Source: Planctomycetota bacterium (GTDB lineage Bacteria > Planctomycetota > SZUA-567 > H5-PLA8). Taken from it: 64,000 nucleotides of DNA. Made by a program: the position numbers and the translations under genes. Positions 47,526 through 56,335 of this stretch are shown here, one piece after another (the first letter of the stretch is position 1; each line of letters opens with the position of its first letter). A model generated the notes under the pieces. It was not told the DNA's origin. It worked only from the letters and a program-made list of their open reading frames with translations, and did no database searches. The stretch spans positions 47,454 through 111,453 of the forward strand of contig JBBRPR010000014.1 in the NCBI GenBank assembly GCA_038227875.1, written 5' to 3'.

Positions 47526-48311
47526 ATGTTCTTCAACCGGCGCGAATTTTTGACCTTAGCGGTGGTGATGGCGGGAACGCTGGGAATCAACGGCGCGTCC
47601 CGCTTTCACACCTCAGGCGCCGCCGCGGTTTCCGCGATGCCGTCGCCGGCCATGAACACGCTCCAAACGCAGCTTCAGCCGGGCGATATTGTGTTGTTGC
47701 GCCGACGCAGCCTGAGCATCAATGCGTGGGTTCCCGGCTACTGGTCGCATGTCGCGCTCTATGTGGGAAGTGTGGGTGAGCTCAAAAAACTCGGCCTCGA
47801 TCACGATCCACGAGTGGCCACCCATCTTGGCGCCTTCGCTGAATCTGGAGCGGGCGGCCAGCCGCATGTCATGATCGAGGCATTGCTGGAAGGGGTTCGT
47901 TTTCATTCGCTGAGCGGATCGTTGCAGAGCACGGAAGCCGTCGCCGTGCTGCGGCCAAGGCTTCAGCCAGAGCAAATCAACGAAGCCATCGCCCGCGCTT
48001 TTACGCATGCGGGCAAGCCGTTTGATCTGGACTTCGATTTCGAGCACGACGACAAACTCGCCTGCACGGAATTGGTTTATCGCGCGTACGAGGGTGTGCT
48101 TTCACTGCAATTCAGTGATGCCATGGGCCGCCGTGTGATCACGCCGACCGAGTTCGCGCGGACCTTTGGATCCGAGCGACTCACGTCATCCCAGCAATTC
48201 GATCTGGTTCTGTTCATAGACGGCAGCGTGTTCTCCGCGGAGGCGCGGCCGGGGCAGCCAGATGCGTTTGTTGAAACGACGCGCCGGCCTGCGGTGGATT
48301 GGCCGCGCTAA
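47526..48311 (+). CDS. YiiX/YaeF-like permuted papain-fold (NlpC/P60 superfamily) protein with Tat-like signal
   Basis: MFFNRREFLTLAVVMAGTLGINGA (RREFL twin-arginine motif). GDIVLLRRRS...GYWSHVALYVG...CTELVYRAY is arranged as in YiiX-type enzymes. Confidence 0.6.
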   Translation: MFFNRREFLTLAVVMAGTLGINGASRFHTSGAAAVSAMPSPAMNTLQTQLQPGDIVLLRRRSLSINAWVPGYWSHVALYVGSVGELKKLGLDHDPRVATHLGAFAESGAGGQPHVMIEALLEGVRFHSLSGSLQSTEAVAVLRPRLQPEQINEAIARAFTHAGKPFDLDFDFEHDDKLACTELVYRAYEGVLSLQFSDAMGRRVITPTEFARTFGSERLTSSQQFDLVLFIDGSVFSAEARPGQPDAFVETTRRPAVDWPR

Positions 48312-48424
48312 GATTCGGCGGCATAGATCGTCCTGCGCAGGTGCGTTTCTTGAGTGGTGAAAAATAGCATTTCTGCGCTTCAATGCACACCGTCCCGCAC
48401 GATCTATCAATCAGGAGGTGTGTT

Positions 48425-48610
48425 ATGAATGTAGGAGCTGTTTCTTCCGGAGTGACGGGTGCGTTGTCCTCGGCTGGTGATCAGCAGACGACTCTGCTCA
48501 AGAAGGCTCAGGACACCGATAAGGATATTGCGTCCCGCCTGCTCGCCGCCATTCCCCCACCGCCGGATCCGAATTCCGGAGCGGGATCGAAGTTGAATAC
48601 GTACGCTTAA
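48425..48610 (+). CDS. small YjfB-like (putative motility protein family) protein
   Basis: AGGAGG lies 7 nt before ATG 48425. The 61-aa product MNVGAVSSGVTGALSSAGDQQTTLLKKAQDTDKDIASRLLAAIPPPPDPNSGAGSKLNTYA resembles the YjfB pattern (a ...LKKAxD... core). This call comes from memory of the family. Confidence 0.5.
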   Translation: MNVGAVSSGVTGALSSAGDQQTTLLKKAQDTDKDIASRLLAAIPPPPDPNSGAGSKLNTYA

Positions 48611-48775
48611 ACAGCAGGGGTCAGGGGCCAGACGGGTTTAAGCGTATTCAGTCAGTGAGCCGCCGCGACGATGTTTGTCGCGGCGGCGAAGCTTTAGGGG
48701 CAGATCTTAGCTCTTGGGGCCGCGCCCCCCTTCTCAGGGTCACGCATACCTTTGTGCCCAAAGGCACAAAGGTCC

Positions 48776-48910
48776 CGTCCCGCCTGCTCGCCGCCATTCC
48801 CCCACCACCGGACGTGAATTCCGATGTACGCTTAAACGGCAGGGGTCAGACGGGTTTAAGCGTATTCAGTCCGTGAGCCGCCGCGACGATGTTTGTCACG
48901 GCGGCGAAGC
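48776..48910 (+). pseudogene. decayed duplicate of the 3' end and downstream hairpins of the YjfB-like gene
   Basis: 48776-48910 aligns with 48531-48692 apart from a ~19-bp and a 7-bp deletion and a few substitutions. The deletion puts the TAA out of frame. No N-terminal part is present. Confidence 0.6.
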
Positions 48911-48999
48911 GAAGCACGGTGTTGATATTTTGTGTTTTGAATGTCTTGCGCAGTGCTCGAATCAATTTCAACTCAAAACTAAAAACTCACAACTCAAAA

Positions 49000-50382
49000 C
49001 TATTTCTGCCTATGCATCTGCGGTCCGCTGCGACTTTTGGATGTCGTAAACGTCCACTCTTTCTTGAACGGTTTACCGTCGATGTCCGCGGTGGCTTCGG
49101 CGACGTAGATCGTGCCGGGCTTCAGCGGAGTTTTGGCGATCAGGCAAATCGTGTTCATATTGTCGCCGAACATTTTGTCGGCAGGCTTTTCGGGCGTCGA
49201 GACCCAGGCGTCGACGGCGGCTCCGGAGAGGCTGCCTTCGTGAAGCGTCAGCGCGCCGTTCTTCACTTTCTGGCCATTGGGGAAGGTGATCGTCACGGTC
49301 TCGCCGACGCCGCCACTGGGTGTTTCGGGAATGGGGCTGGGGCCTTCACGGCCGTTCCAACCGGTGCGGACATTTGTGGCGTCCGGGGGCGGATAGCAGA
49401 AGGGCTCTTTCATCGTCACTTTTTTCTTCGGGCCGTCGTGAACGTTGACGGTGGTGAACCCATCTCCGTTGTTGATGCCGGTGACGGCCAGGTCGGACTC
49501 CAGCATGGAGATGCGATGGAAAAACGTGTCGAGGAGATTGATCACACCCGAGCGTGCGTCGCCGGGATTGCCGCTGATCACGCAGCCCATGCCGGCCTTG
49601 GCGCCATCGGCGCTGTATTCCGGCGCAGCCTTGTCTTCGACATGGGTGATGCCGTGCTTGGCCATGTACTTGATGTGAAGCGCGCCAATGCGTTCGAGTT
49701 CCGGATCGCGCTTAAGGGGCTGTAGTTTCAGGACCGCGCGGACGCCGTTGAGCACCGTCAGCGCGCCCTCGGCGCTGCCATCGCCGGAAGCGAGAAGGGC
49801 GCCGAAGTCTCCGCCCTTGGAAAACGTGATCGAATTACCCGAGGGCGAAATCTTTACGCTCCATTCATCGTTGCCGATTTTCACAGGATCGCCCGGATTC
49901 AGGACGGTGGTTTTGTCGAGCACCATCTGATCGCCTTCACCGTCAAAACGGCCGTCGGAATTCACATCGATCAATGCGATCGGTTTGCCCTGAAACGTGC
50001 CGAGGCGCGCCTGGACGCTCACGACAGTGTAGCCGTCGCCTTTCTTATCGAGCTTGTAGCGGTAGGAATCGGTGGTGTTGTCGGAGTAAGTGGCGGTGAC
50101 GTTCCAGATGCCACCGGCGGGCATCAGCTTGGTGCCGTTCATGCCGAGGTTGACGTACACGCCTTCGGGTGCGACGCGCGCGGTAATGGGCTTGCCGCTG
50201 CTGTCGTTGAGAGGGAGCGAGCCATCAAACTTGAGCTCTGTTGGCGTCTTGATCTGCCAGTCCTTGAGCTCTTCGAAGCTGACGGCGTGCATGGGAACTT
50301 TGACGACGTCCTCCGCAGAAGCCGAAGCAACGGCAAAGAAACATAAGACGCACACGTGCGTCCGTAAGGCAGTGAACCGCAT
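49000..50382 (-). CDS. exported protein with probable CAP/SCP-like domain
   Basis: Signal peptide MRFTALRTHVCVLCFFAVASASA. The segment LNGVRAVLKLQPLKRDPELERIGALHIKYMAKHGITHVED...FFHRISML fits the bacterial CAP-domain pattern (N.xR...L.PL....L...A..H..YM). The domain call is tentative. Confidence 0.55.
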   Translation of the reverse strand: MRFTALRTHVCVLCFFAVASASAEDVVKVPMHAVSFEELKDWQIKTPTELKFDGSLPLNDSSGKPITARVAPEGVYVNLGMNGTKLMPAGGIWNVTATYSDNTTDSYRYKLDKKGDGYTVVSVQARLGTFQGKPIALIDVNSDGRFDGEGDQMVLDKTTVLNPGDPVKIGNDEWSVKISPSGNSITFSKGGDFGALLASGDGSAEGALTVLNGVRAVLKLQPLKRDPELERIGALHIKYMAKHGITHVEDKAAPEYSADGAKAGMGCVISGNPGDARSGVINLLDTFFHRISMLESDLAVTGINNGDGFTTVNVHDGPKKKVTMKEPFCYPPPDATNVRTGWNGREGPSPIPETPSGGVGETVTITFPNGQKVKNGALTLHEGSLSGAAVDAWVSTPEKPADKMFGDNMNTICLIAKTPLKPGTIYVAEATADIDGKPFKKEWTFTTSKSRSGPQMHRQK

Positions 50383-50573
50383 AGTTTTCTCCCGCGCGTT
50401 AAGGCATGTCGCCAGGAAGGGCGACGTGACGTAAAACTATATACACCAGATGTAAAAGCCGCGCAGGAAAGTGGAATTATATCTGCACATGAGCGCCGTG
50501 CGCGTTGGCGAAAGCGTGCTACACTGTTGCAAATTTGCAGCAGGATCCGGCCGACTTAGAGGTCTTGAATGTT

Positions 50574-51266
50574 ATGAGTGACGAAGACAAGCCCAATCCC
50601 AAACCCAAGGGGCCGCGCGAATATGTGGTCAACACGGAGCGCGAAAAAGCGACGCGCAAGCCGCGCACGCGCTTCCTATTCAAATTTATCGCGCTGATTC
50701 TGGTGCTGCTGATGGGCGCGTGGGGTTGGTATTCTTACAAGAGCGGCAAGCCCATCGACCTCAGCGACGCCAAGCAGCGTGACGAGACCCTCGACGCAGC
50801 GCGCAAGGACGCGGAACTGGCTGCAGCGAAAACCAAAGAGGTTGGCACCGAAGCCATTGCGTGGGCGCAACGGAGCCTCGGCGACCTGGCGAAGATCATC
50901 AAAGGCAAGCCGCCGGAGACGAAAGAGGAAATCAAAGTGCTCGTCGATGAGTCGAAACAAGCCGTGGAGACTGCCAAGCCGGCCACTGCAACCCCGGTGG
51001 CTCCGCCTGTCGTGAGCCCCATCGCCGACGCGCAGGCCGAGTACCGCATTGGGCAGGAATATTATGCGAAGACCGACCCAATGGCTTCTCAGAAGCAAGT
51101 TCAGTCGAATCTGCATCTGGCCGAGCCGCACTTTTCAAAGTGTCTGGATCTGCTTGAAGCCGCACGCACGCGAAAAGTAAACGGAGCGGAGATCGATCGG
51201 CTGGAACAAGCGGCGGCGCGACGGCTGTACGACTGCCGAAAACGTATGGAGTTGCAGCGGAATTAA
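50574..51266 (+). CDS. membrane-anchored coiled-coil/TPR-like protein of unknown function
   Basis: ATG 50574. A Lys/Pro-rich N-terminus, then TM FLFKFIALILVLLMGAWGWY, then a charged helical region. Confidence 0.45.
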   Translation: MSDEDKPNPKPKGPREYVVNTEREKATRKPRTRFLFKFIALILVLLMGAWGWYSYKSGKPIDLSDAKQRDETLDAARKDAELAAAKTKEVGTEAIAWAQRSLGDLAKIIKGKPPETKEEIKVLVDESKQAVETAKPATATPVAPPVVSPIADAQAEYRIGQEYYAKTDPMASQKQVQSNLHLAEPHFSKCLDLLEAARTRKVNGAEIDRLEQAAARRLYDCRKRMELQRN

Positions 51267-51406
51267 CGTCCGAGGCCTCCGAAAATCGGACGGCGCGCCC
51301 ACCGAAATTCAATCAGTGTCTCGTCTTATAGAGGCATGTCGTTCGCCTTTCCTTCGCAATTTTAGGAACGCAAATTGCTCAAAGTGGTTCGGTTTTTGGA
51401 GCCATC

Positions 51407-51853
51407 ATGGATTCGACCGTTCGCGGCAATGTTCTGGTTGTAGAAGACGATCAGGACTGCGGCCATATGATTGTCAGGATTCTCAGCAATGCTGGGTATG
51501 GAGTACGATGGGCGCCGACGCGCGAAGCGGCGGTCGCGGCATTGGGTCGTTATCTTTACGATTACATCATTCTTGATCTGCGCATGCCGGGAATGCCGAC
51601 GGAAGTGTTTTTGAAAATCGTCGGGGCCTCGTCGCGCGAGATCAACATCGTTCTGACCACCGCCGAAACCGACGCTGCTCGCGAAGCCAAGCGGCTGGGG
51701 ATTGCAAACTTTCTGGGCAAACCATTCATGCCCGAAGATCTGCTGGCTGTCCTGCGCAAGCTTTCGTCAGGCGTGCGGAAAATTCCCGAAGGATTTCGGC
51801 CTCCGCCACCACCAACAACGCCGTCACCCACACCCACGCCCAAATCGAACTAA
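51407..51853 (+). CDS. single-domain response regulator (receiver only)
   Basis: VLVVEDDQD...YDYIILDLRMPGM...LTTAE...FLGKPF are the canonical receiver motifs. A Pro-rich tail follows. Confidence 0.85.
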   Translation: MDSTVRGNVLVVEDDQDCGHMIVRILSNAGYGVRWAPTREAAVAALGRYLYDYIILDLRMPGMPTEVFLKIVGASSREINIVLTTAETDAAREAKRLGIANFLGKPFMPEDLLAVLRKLSSGVRKIPEGFRPPPPPTTPSPTPTPKSN

Positions 51854-53193
51854 AGCACTTTATTTTCGCGCGTGACCTGCGCGTACCATTTGGCGCTGAG
51901 CTTGGGCTTTCGTTCCAAGGTATTGAAGTCGGTGTGGTAGATGCCAAAGCGCTTGCTGTAGCCTTCGGCCCATTCGAAATTGTCCATCAGCGACCAGAGG
52001 AAGTAGCCTTTCAGATCGACGCCGTCGGTGGTGGCGCGCTGGGCTGCTCTCAAATAGGCGCGGAGAAACTCCAGGCGGTCGACGTCGAGGCATTCGCCTT
52101 TGGTATTCAACGCATCGAACGCGCAGCAGCCGTTCTCGCTGATGAACAACGGCTTCTTTATGAGTTCGCCGACGAAGCGCAGCGTCCAGTACAGGCAGTC
52201 GGGTGTGTGCTTGAGCCAGCCGATGTTGTAGGTCGGGTAACTCTCCGTCATGTCAATGGCTTCCGGTCCGGTGGCCGTGGCGCGGGCGAACGATCCCGAA
52301 TAAATGTTGAGCGCGACGAAATCGAGCGGCCGGGAAATCTGCGCCATGTCGCCGGCTTCCATTTTCGGCGGCGTGACTTTCTGCAGTTCAAACCAGAGCG
52401 GATTGTACTGGCCGGTGAGCACCGGGACGAGCATGCCGCCGTTGTTGATGTTGAAGCATTTTCGCGCCGCGTCGATGTGTTCGGGCGTTTCCATCACGGG
52501 CATGTAGTTGGACGGATTTTCGGCCAGGCCCACGTTGACCTTGCGCGGCGCGTTGGCGCGGATGGCATCGACACTTAAGCCATGCCCCAGCAGCGCATGA
52601 TGGATGATCGGGACGAGTCGCTGGTTGTCGACCTTTTCGCCCGGTGCATGAATGCCGCGGCCGTAACTGAGCGCCGTGAAGCACACAAATTCGTTGATCG
52701 TCATCCAGTTCTCAACGCGGTCGCCGAGCGCCTTGGCGCAAATGCCGGCGTAACGCGCGAGATCGTAGGCGCTCTGCCGGCCATGCCAGCCGCCGTGCTT
52801 TTTGTACGTGGCCTCGGGCATATCCCAGTGGTAGCAGGTCGCGTAGGGAGTGATGCCGGCTTCGAGCAGCGCGTCGACGAGGCGGCTGTAGAAATCCAAC
52901 CCCTTCTGATTAACCGCCCCATCGCCGTCGGGAACCACGCGCGGCCAGGCAATCGAAAAGCGGTACATCGAGACACCGAGGTCCTTCATCAACTGGATGT
53001 CTTCTTTGAAGCGATGGTAATGATCGCAGGCGACGTTGCCGGTGTCGCCGTTCTTCACTTTGCCGACCGTGTGACTGAACGTGTCCCAGACGGAAGGTTT
53101 ACGGCCATCCTCGTTATGCGCGCCTTCGATCTGGTAACTGGCGGTGGCGACGCCCCATTTGAAATTGGTCGGGAAAGAAAAGTTGGACGGCAT
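51850..53193 (-). CDS. GH1 beta-glucosidase
   Basis: FKWGVATASYQIEGA, acid/base TINEF, nucleophile ISENG, WSLMDNFEW motifs. Confidence 0.9.
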   Translation of the reverse strand: MPSNFSFPTNFKWGVATASYQIEGAHNEDGRKPSVWDTFSHTVGKVKNGDTGNVACDHYHRFKEDIQLMKDLGVSMYRFSIAWPRVVPDGDGAVNQKGLDFYSRLVDALLEAGITPYATCYHWDMPEATYKKHGGWHGRQSAYDLARYAGICAKALGDRVENWMTINEFVCFTALSYGRGIHAPGEKVDNQRLVPIIHHALLGHGLSVDAIRANAPRKVNVGLAENPSNYMPVMETPEHIDAARKCFNINNGGMLVPVLTGQYNPLWFELQKVTPPKMEAGDMAQISRPLDFVALNIYSGSFARATATGPEAIDMTESYPTYNIGWLKHTPDCLYWTLRFVGELIKKPLFISENGCCAFDALNTKGECLDVDRLEFLRAYLRAAQRATTDGVDLKGYFLWSLMDNFEWAEGYSKRFGIYHTDFNTLERKPKLSAKWYAQVTRENKVL

Positions 53194-53294
53194 GCGCTGC
53201 TCCTGAAGTTTTGGCTAGAGTCCCCGTGACTGCCAGAGCTAACACGTACGTCGGATTTTGAAACCGAAAGCATGAAATTGTTCCACGCGCGAGC

Positions 53295-54134
53295 CTACAC
53301 CGAGCGGCGGAATTCCGCGGGCGTCTGTCCGGTGACCTGCTTGAACTGGCGGCTGAAAAAATAGAGATCGCAGTAGCCCAGGCGTTCGGCAATGGCCTTG
53401 ATCGGCAGGTGTTCGGCCAACAGCGTTTTGGCGAGATCGATGCGCCGCAGCAGGCGATAGCGGACGGGCGAGACGCCGACCTCCGCAGTGAAGCGTTTAC
53501 GGAAGCGCTCGTAACTGAGGTGGAATTGATCCGCGATGGCAGGAAGGTCCAGCTCGCGTTCAAGTTCCTGTTCGAGGAGCGCGGACGCGGAGCGCCCGAA
53601 GTTGCCGCCGACGCTCGACAGTCGCTGCGAATCGTGGAGGTCGAGGATCTCGGCGATGAGCACATGAATGCGCGCGGTCATGATCGCATCGCTGGGCAGC
53701 TGATTGGTGATGAAGTCGTGGATCAAACGATTAAAGGATGCGATCAGAGTCGGCGCGAGGCCCGGCTTCCACACGGGCTCAGTACGCTTGAGCAGTCCGT
53801 CGCGTTCAAGCTGCTGAAAAATGTTGCCTTGGAATGTGACGAACGATTCATGCCATTGCGGCGTCGGCCAGTAGCTGTGACGCAGACCGGGGAAGAGGAC
53901 CAGGACGTCGCCGGGCGCGACAGGGAAGGCGCCGTTCTGAAGATCTTCGTAGTGGCCGCTGCCGCCGGTGACGTAAACGAGCGCGTATGCCATAAGGTCG
54001 CGCTGGTTGGTGAAATTGTCCTGCGGCTTGGCATGAATATGCCCCGCGGAAATGACGGCGGCGGTCTTCCGATTCAAGGCATGACGGAACCGCGTCTGCG
54101 CGGTCATCGGCTTTGGTTTTGGAGGTTTTCGCAC
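53295..54134 (-). CDS. AraC family transcriptional regulator (cupin + HTH)
   Basis: C-terminal LDLPAIADQFHLSYERFRKRFTAEVGVSPVRYRLLRRIDLAKTLLAEHLPIKAIAERLGYCDLYFFSRQFKQVTGQTPAEFRR. Confidence 0.85.
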   Translation of the reverse strand: MRKPPKPKPMTAQTRFRHALNRKTAAVISAGHIHAKPQDNFTNQRDLMAYALVYVTGGSGHYEDLQNGAFPVAPGDVLVLFPGLRHSYWPTPQWHESFVTFQGNIFQQLERDGLLKRTEPVWKPGLAPTLIASFNRLIHDFITNQLPSDAIMTARIHVLIAEILDLHDSQRLSSVGGNFGRSASALLEQELERELDLPAIADQFHLSYERFRKRFTAEVGVSPVRYRLLRRIDLAKTLLAEHLPIKAIAERLGYCDLYFFSRQFKQVTGQTPAEFRRSV

Positions 54135-54307
54135 CGCGCATTGCCCTTCCTGTCAGATACTCAAATGACCATCTAACACAAAACGATGACCAGTCAATCC
54201 ATTGATGCACAAGCGCCATTGCTGTTTAATGTTACCATGCAGGGGCGAGACAGCTCCGGTAACCAAAAATCACAACAGCGTCATTTGAACGATGGAGATA
54301 AAAAGCG

Positions 54308-55225
54308 ATGGTCGCGACTGCGGAAAAGCTGGTTCTGCCGGTGGGCACGCGTCAGATGGAGCTCGGAAAGGACATCTTTCTGCTGCGCGAAAGCAACGAC
54401 GTGCTCCATGACGTCGAAGCCTTGCGCGCCCGAATGAAGGAAGACGGCTACCTCTTCATTCGCGGCCTGCACGACAAGGATCAGGTGCTGGCCACCCGCC
54501 GCCGCATGCTCGAGAAACTCGCCGAAAACGGTGCGCTCGATCCGAAAGCGCCGCTGATGGATGCGGTGATCAATACGGCCAATCCGCGCGGCAAATTCTT
54601 CGGCGGCACCAATCAGCTCACCACGCTGCCTGAGTTTCAAGAGCTGGTGAAGTCGCAGCGTTTGATGAATTTCTTCGAACGCTTCCTCGGCGGTCCGGCC
54701 CTGACGTTTGATTACAAGTGGCTTCGTGTTGTCTCCAACGGCGATTTTACCGGTGCGCATTACGACGTCGTCTACATGGGCCGTGGCACGCATAACCTCT
54801 ACACCACGTGGACGCCGATCGGCGACTGTACGTGGGATCTGGCACCGCTGGCGGTTTGCTCCGGTTCGCACAAGGACGAGTTCCGCAAACTTCACGACAC
54901 CTATTGCAAGATGGACGTCGACCGCGACCACGTCCAGGGCTCGTTCTCCGACGATCCGTACGAGATCAGCGAGAAGTTCGGCGGGCAGTGGCAGACGGCG
55001 GAATTCAAAGCCGGCGACGCGCTGGTCTTTGGTATGCACACGCTCCACATGTCGCTGAAGCACACCGGTAAGTCGTACCGCATCAGTTCCGATACGCGCT
55101 ACCAGCTGGCCGCGGATCCCGTGGACGAACGGTGGGTCGGCGAAAATCCGAAGGCGCACTACGCCTGGCATAATCCCGAGAAGAACAAGTCGATGGCCGA
55201 AGCGCGCAAGGAATGGGGCGTGTAG
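54308..55225 (+). CDS. PhyH-family Fe(II)/2OG dioxygenase, paralog 1
   Basis: GAHYDVVYMGRG (HxD) and HMSLKH (distal His candidate). 305 aa. Divergent from the AraC gene. Confidence 0.75.
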   Translation: MVATAEKLVLPVGTRQMELGKDIFLLRESNDVLHDVEALRARMKEDGYLFIRGLHDKDQVLATRRRMLEKLAENGALDPKAPLMDAVINTANPRGKFFGGTNQLTTLPEFQELVKSQRLMNFFERFLGGPALTFDYKWLRVVSNGDFTGAHYDVVYMGRGTHNLYTTWTPIGDCTWDLAPLAVCSGSHKDEFRKLHDTYCKMDVDRDHVQGSFSDDPYEISEKFGGQWQTAEFKAGDALVFGMHTLHMSLKHTGKSYRISSDTRYQLAADPVDERWVGENPKAHYAWHNPEKNKSMAEARKEWGV

Positions 55226-55278
55226 GGAATGTCGAAGTCTGAATGTCGAATGTCGAATTGAAAACACGGAGCGACGCA

Positions 55279-56196
55279 ATGGTGACGATCTGCACAAAGA
55301 ACACGGTCCTGCCGGTGGGCAAGGCGCAGATGGAATTGGGCAAGGACATTCTGCTGCTCCGTGAAAGCAACGACATTCAGCACGATCCCGAAGCGCTGAA
55401 CGCGCGGATGAAAGAAGACGGGTATCTGTTCATCCGAGGGCTTCACGCGCGAAACGAAGTTCTCGAAGCGCGCCGGCAGATGCTCGAGAAGCTCGCTGAA
55501 AACGGCGCGATCAAGCCGGAAACGGATTTGATGGATGGCGTGATCAACACGGAAGCGAAGAGCGGCTTTTTTGGCGGCACAAACCAACTGACGACGCGGC
55601 CGGGATTTCAGCACCTGGTGAAATCACCGCGGATCATGGGCTACTTCGATCAGTTCTTGGGCGAGAAGGCGCTGACGTTCGATTTCAAATGGCTGCGCGT
55701 GGTCAGCACCGGCGATTTCACGGGCGCGCATTACGACGTCGTCTACATGGGGCGCGGCACGCCGAACCTGTACACCTGCTGGACACCGATCGGCGATACG
55801 CCGTTCGAGCTCGGACCGCTGGCCATCTGCGTCGGCTCGCACAAATCCGAATTCGCGCGGCTGCACGAAACCTACGGCCGGATGGACGTAGATCGCGATC
55901 ACGTTCACGGCTGGTTCTCCGACGACCCCAAGGAGGTCGTGAATCAGTTCGGCGGCAAGTGGCACACGGCAGAATTCCAGGCTGGCGACGCGCTGATTTT
56001 CGGAATGTACACCATGCATATGTCGCTGAAGCACACCGGCTCGCGCTATCGCATTAGCGCGGACACGCGCTACCAGCGCGCCAGCGAAGCGGTGGACGAA
56101 CGCTGGATCGGCGAAAAGCCGAAAGCGCACTACGCATGGAACAACCCCGAGAAGAACAAGACGATGGAACAGGCGCGGAAGGAATGGGGCGTGTAG
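55279..56196 (+). CDS. PhyH-family Fe(II)/2OG dioxygenase, paralog 2 (tandem duplicate)
   Basis: Collinear with paralog 1 from MVTICTKNTVLPVGKAQMELGKD to KEWGV, roughly 70% identical by eye. ATG 55279 gives the same 305-aa length; the track starts at 55243. Confidence 0.75.
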   Translation: MVTICTKNTVLPVGKAQMELGKDILLLRESNDIQHDPEALNARMKEDGYLFIRGLHARNEVLEARRQMLEKLAENGAIKPETDLMDGVINTEAKSGFFGGTNQLTTRPGFQHLVKSPRIMGYFDQFLGEKALTFDFKWLRVVSTGDFTGAHYDVVYMGRGTPNLYTCWTPIGDTPFELGPLAICVGSHKSEFARLHETYGRMDVDRDHVHGWFSDDPKEVVNQFGGKWHTAEFQAGDALIFGMYTMHMSLKHTGSRYRISADTRYQRASEAVDERWIGEKPKAHYAWNNPEKNKTMEQARKEWGV

Positions 56197-56235
56197 GAAT
56201 GTTGAAGAAGTGAATGTCGAATGTCGAATGTCGAA

Positions 56236-56255
56236 GCGCGCGGAACTTCGCGCGC
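56236..56255 (+). terminator. GC hairpin after the second PhyH paralog
   Basis: GCGCGCG-GAACTT-CGCGCGC, directly after the GAATGTC heptamer tract. There is no T-run. Confidence 0.4.
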
Positions 56256-56335
56256 AGTAAATTAGTAGTCTAATCCGACCTACTCAAGCGCCGCCCTATC
56301 CTGTAGGGTGGCTGTTCTCTTGAGGGGTCGACGTT

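Noticed and set aside
48961-49000. A/T-rich simple repeat CAACTCAAAAC x2 downstream of the CAP-like gene, as a mobile-element end or sRNA
   Set aside because: It is short, has no hairpin, and has no partner repeat or ORF. It is probably just a T-rich 3' region on the minus strand.
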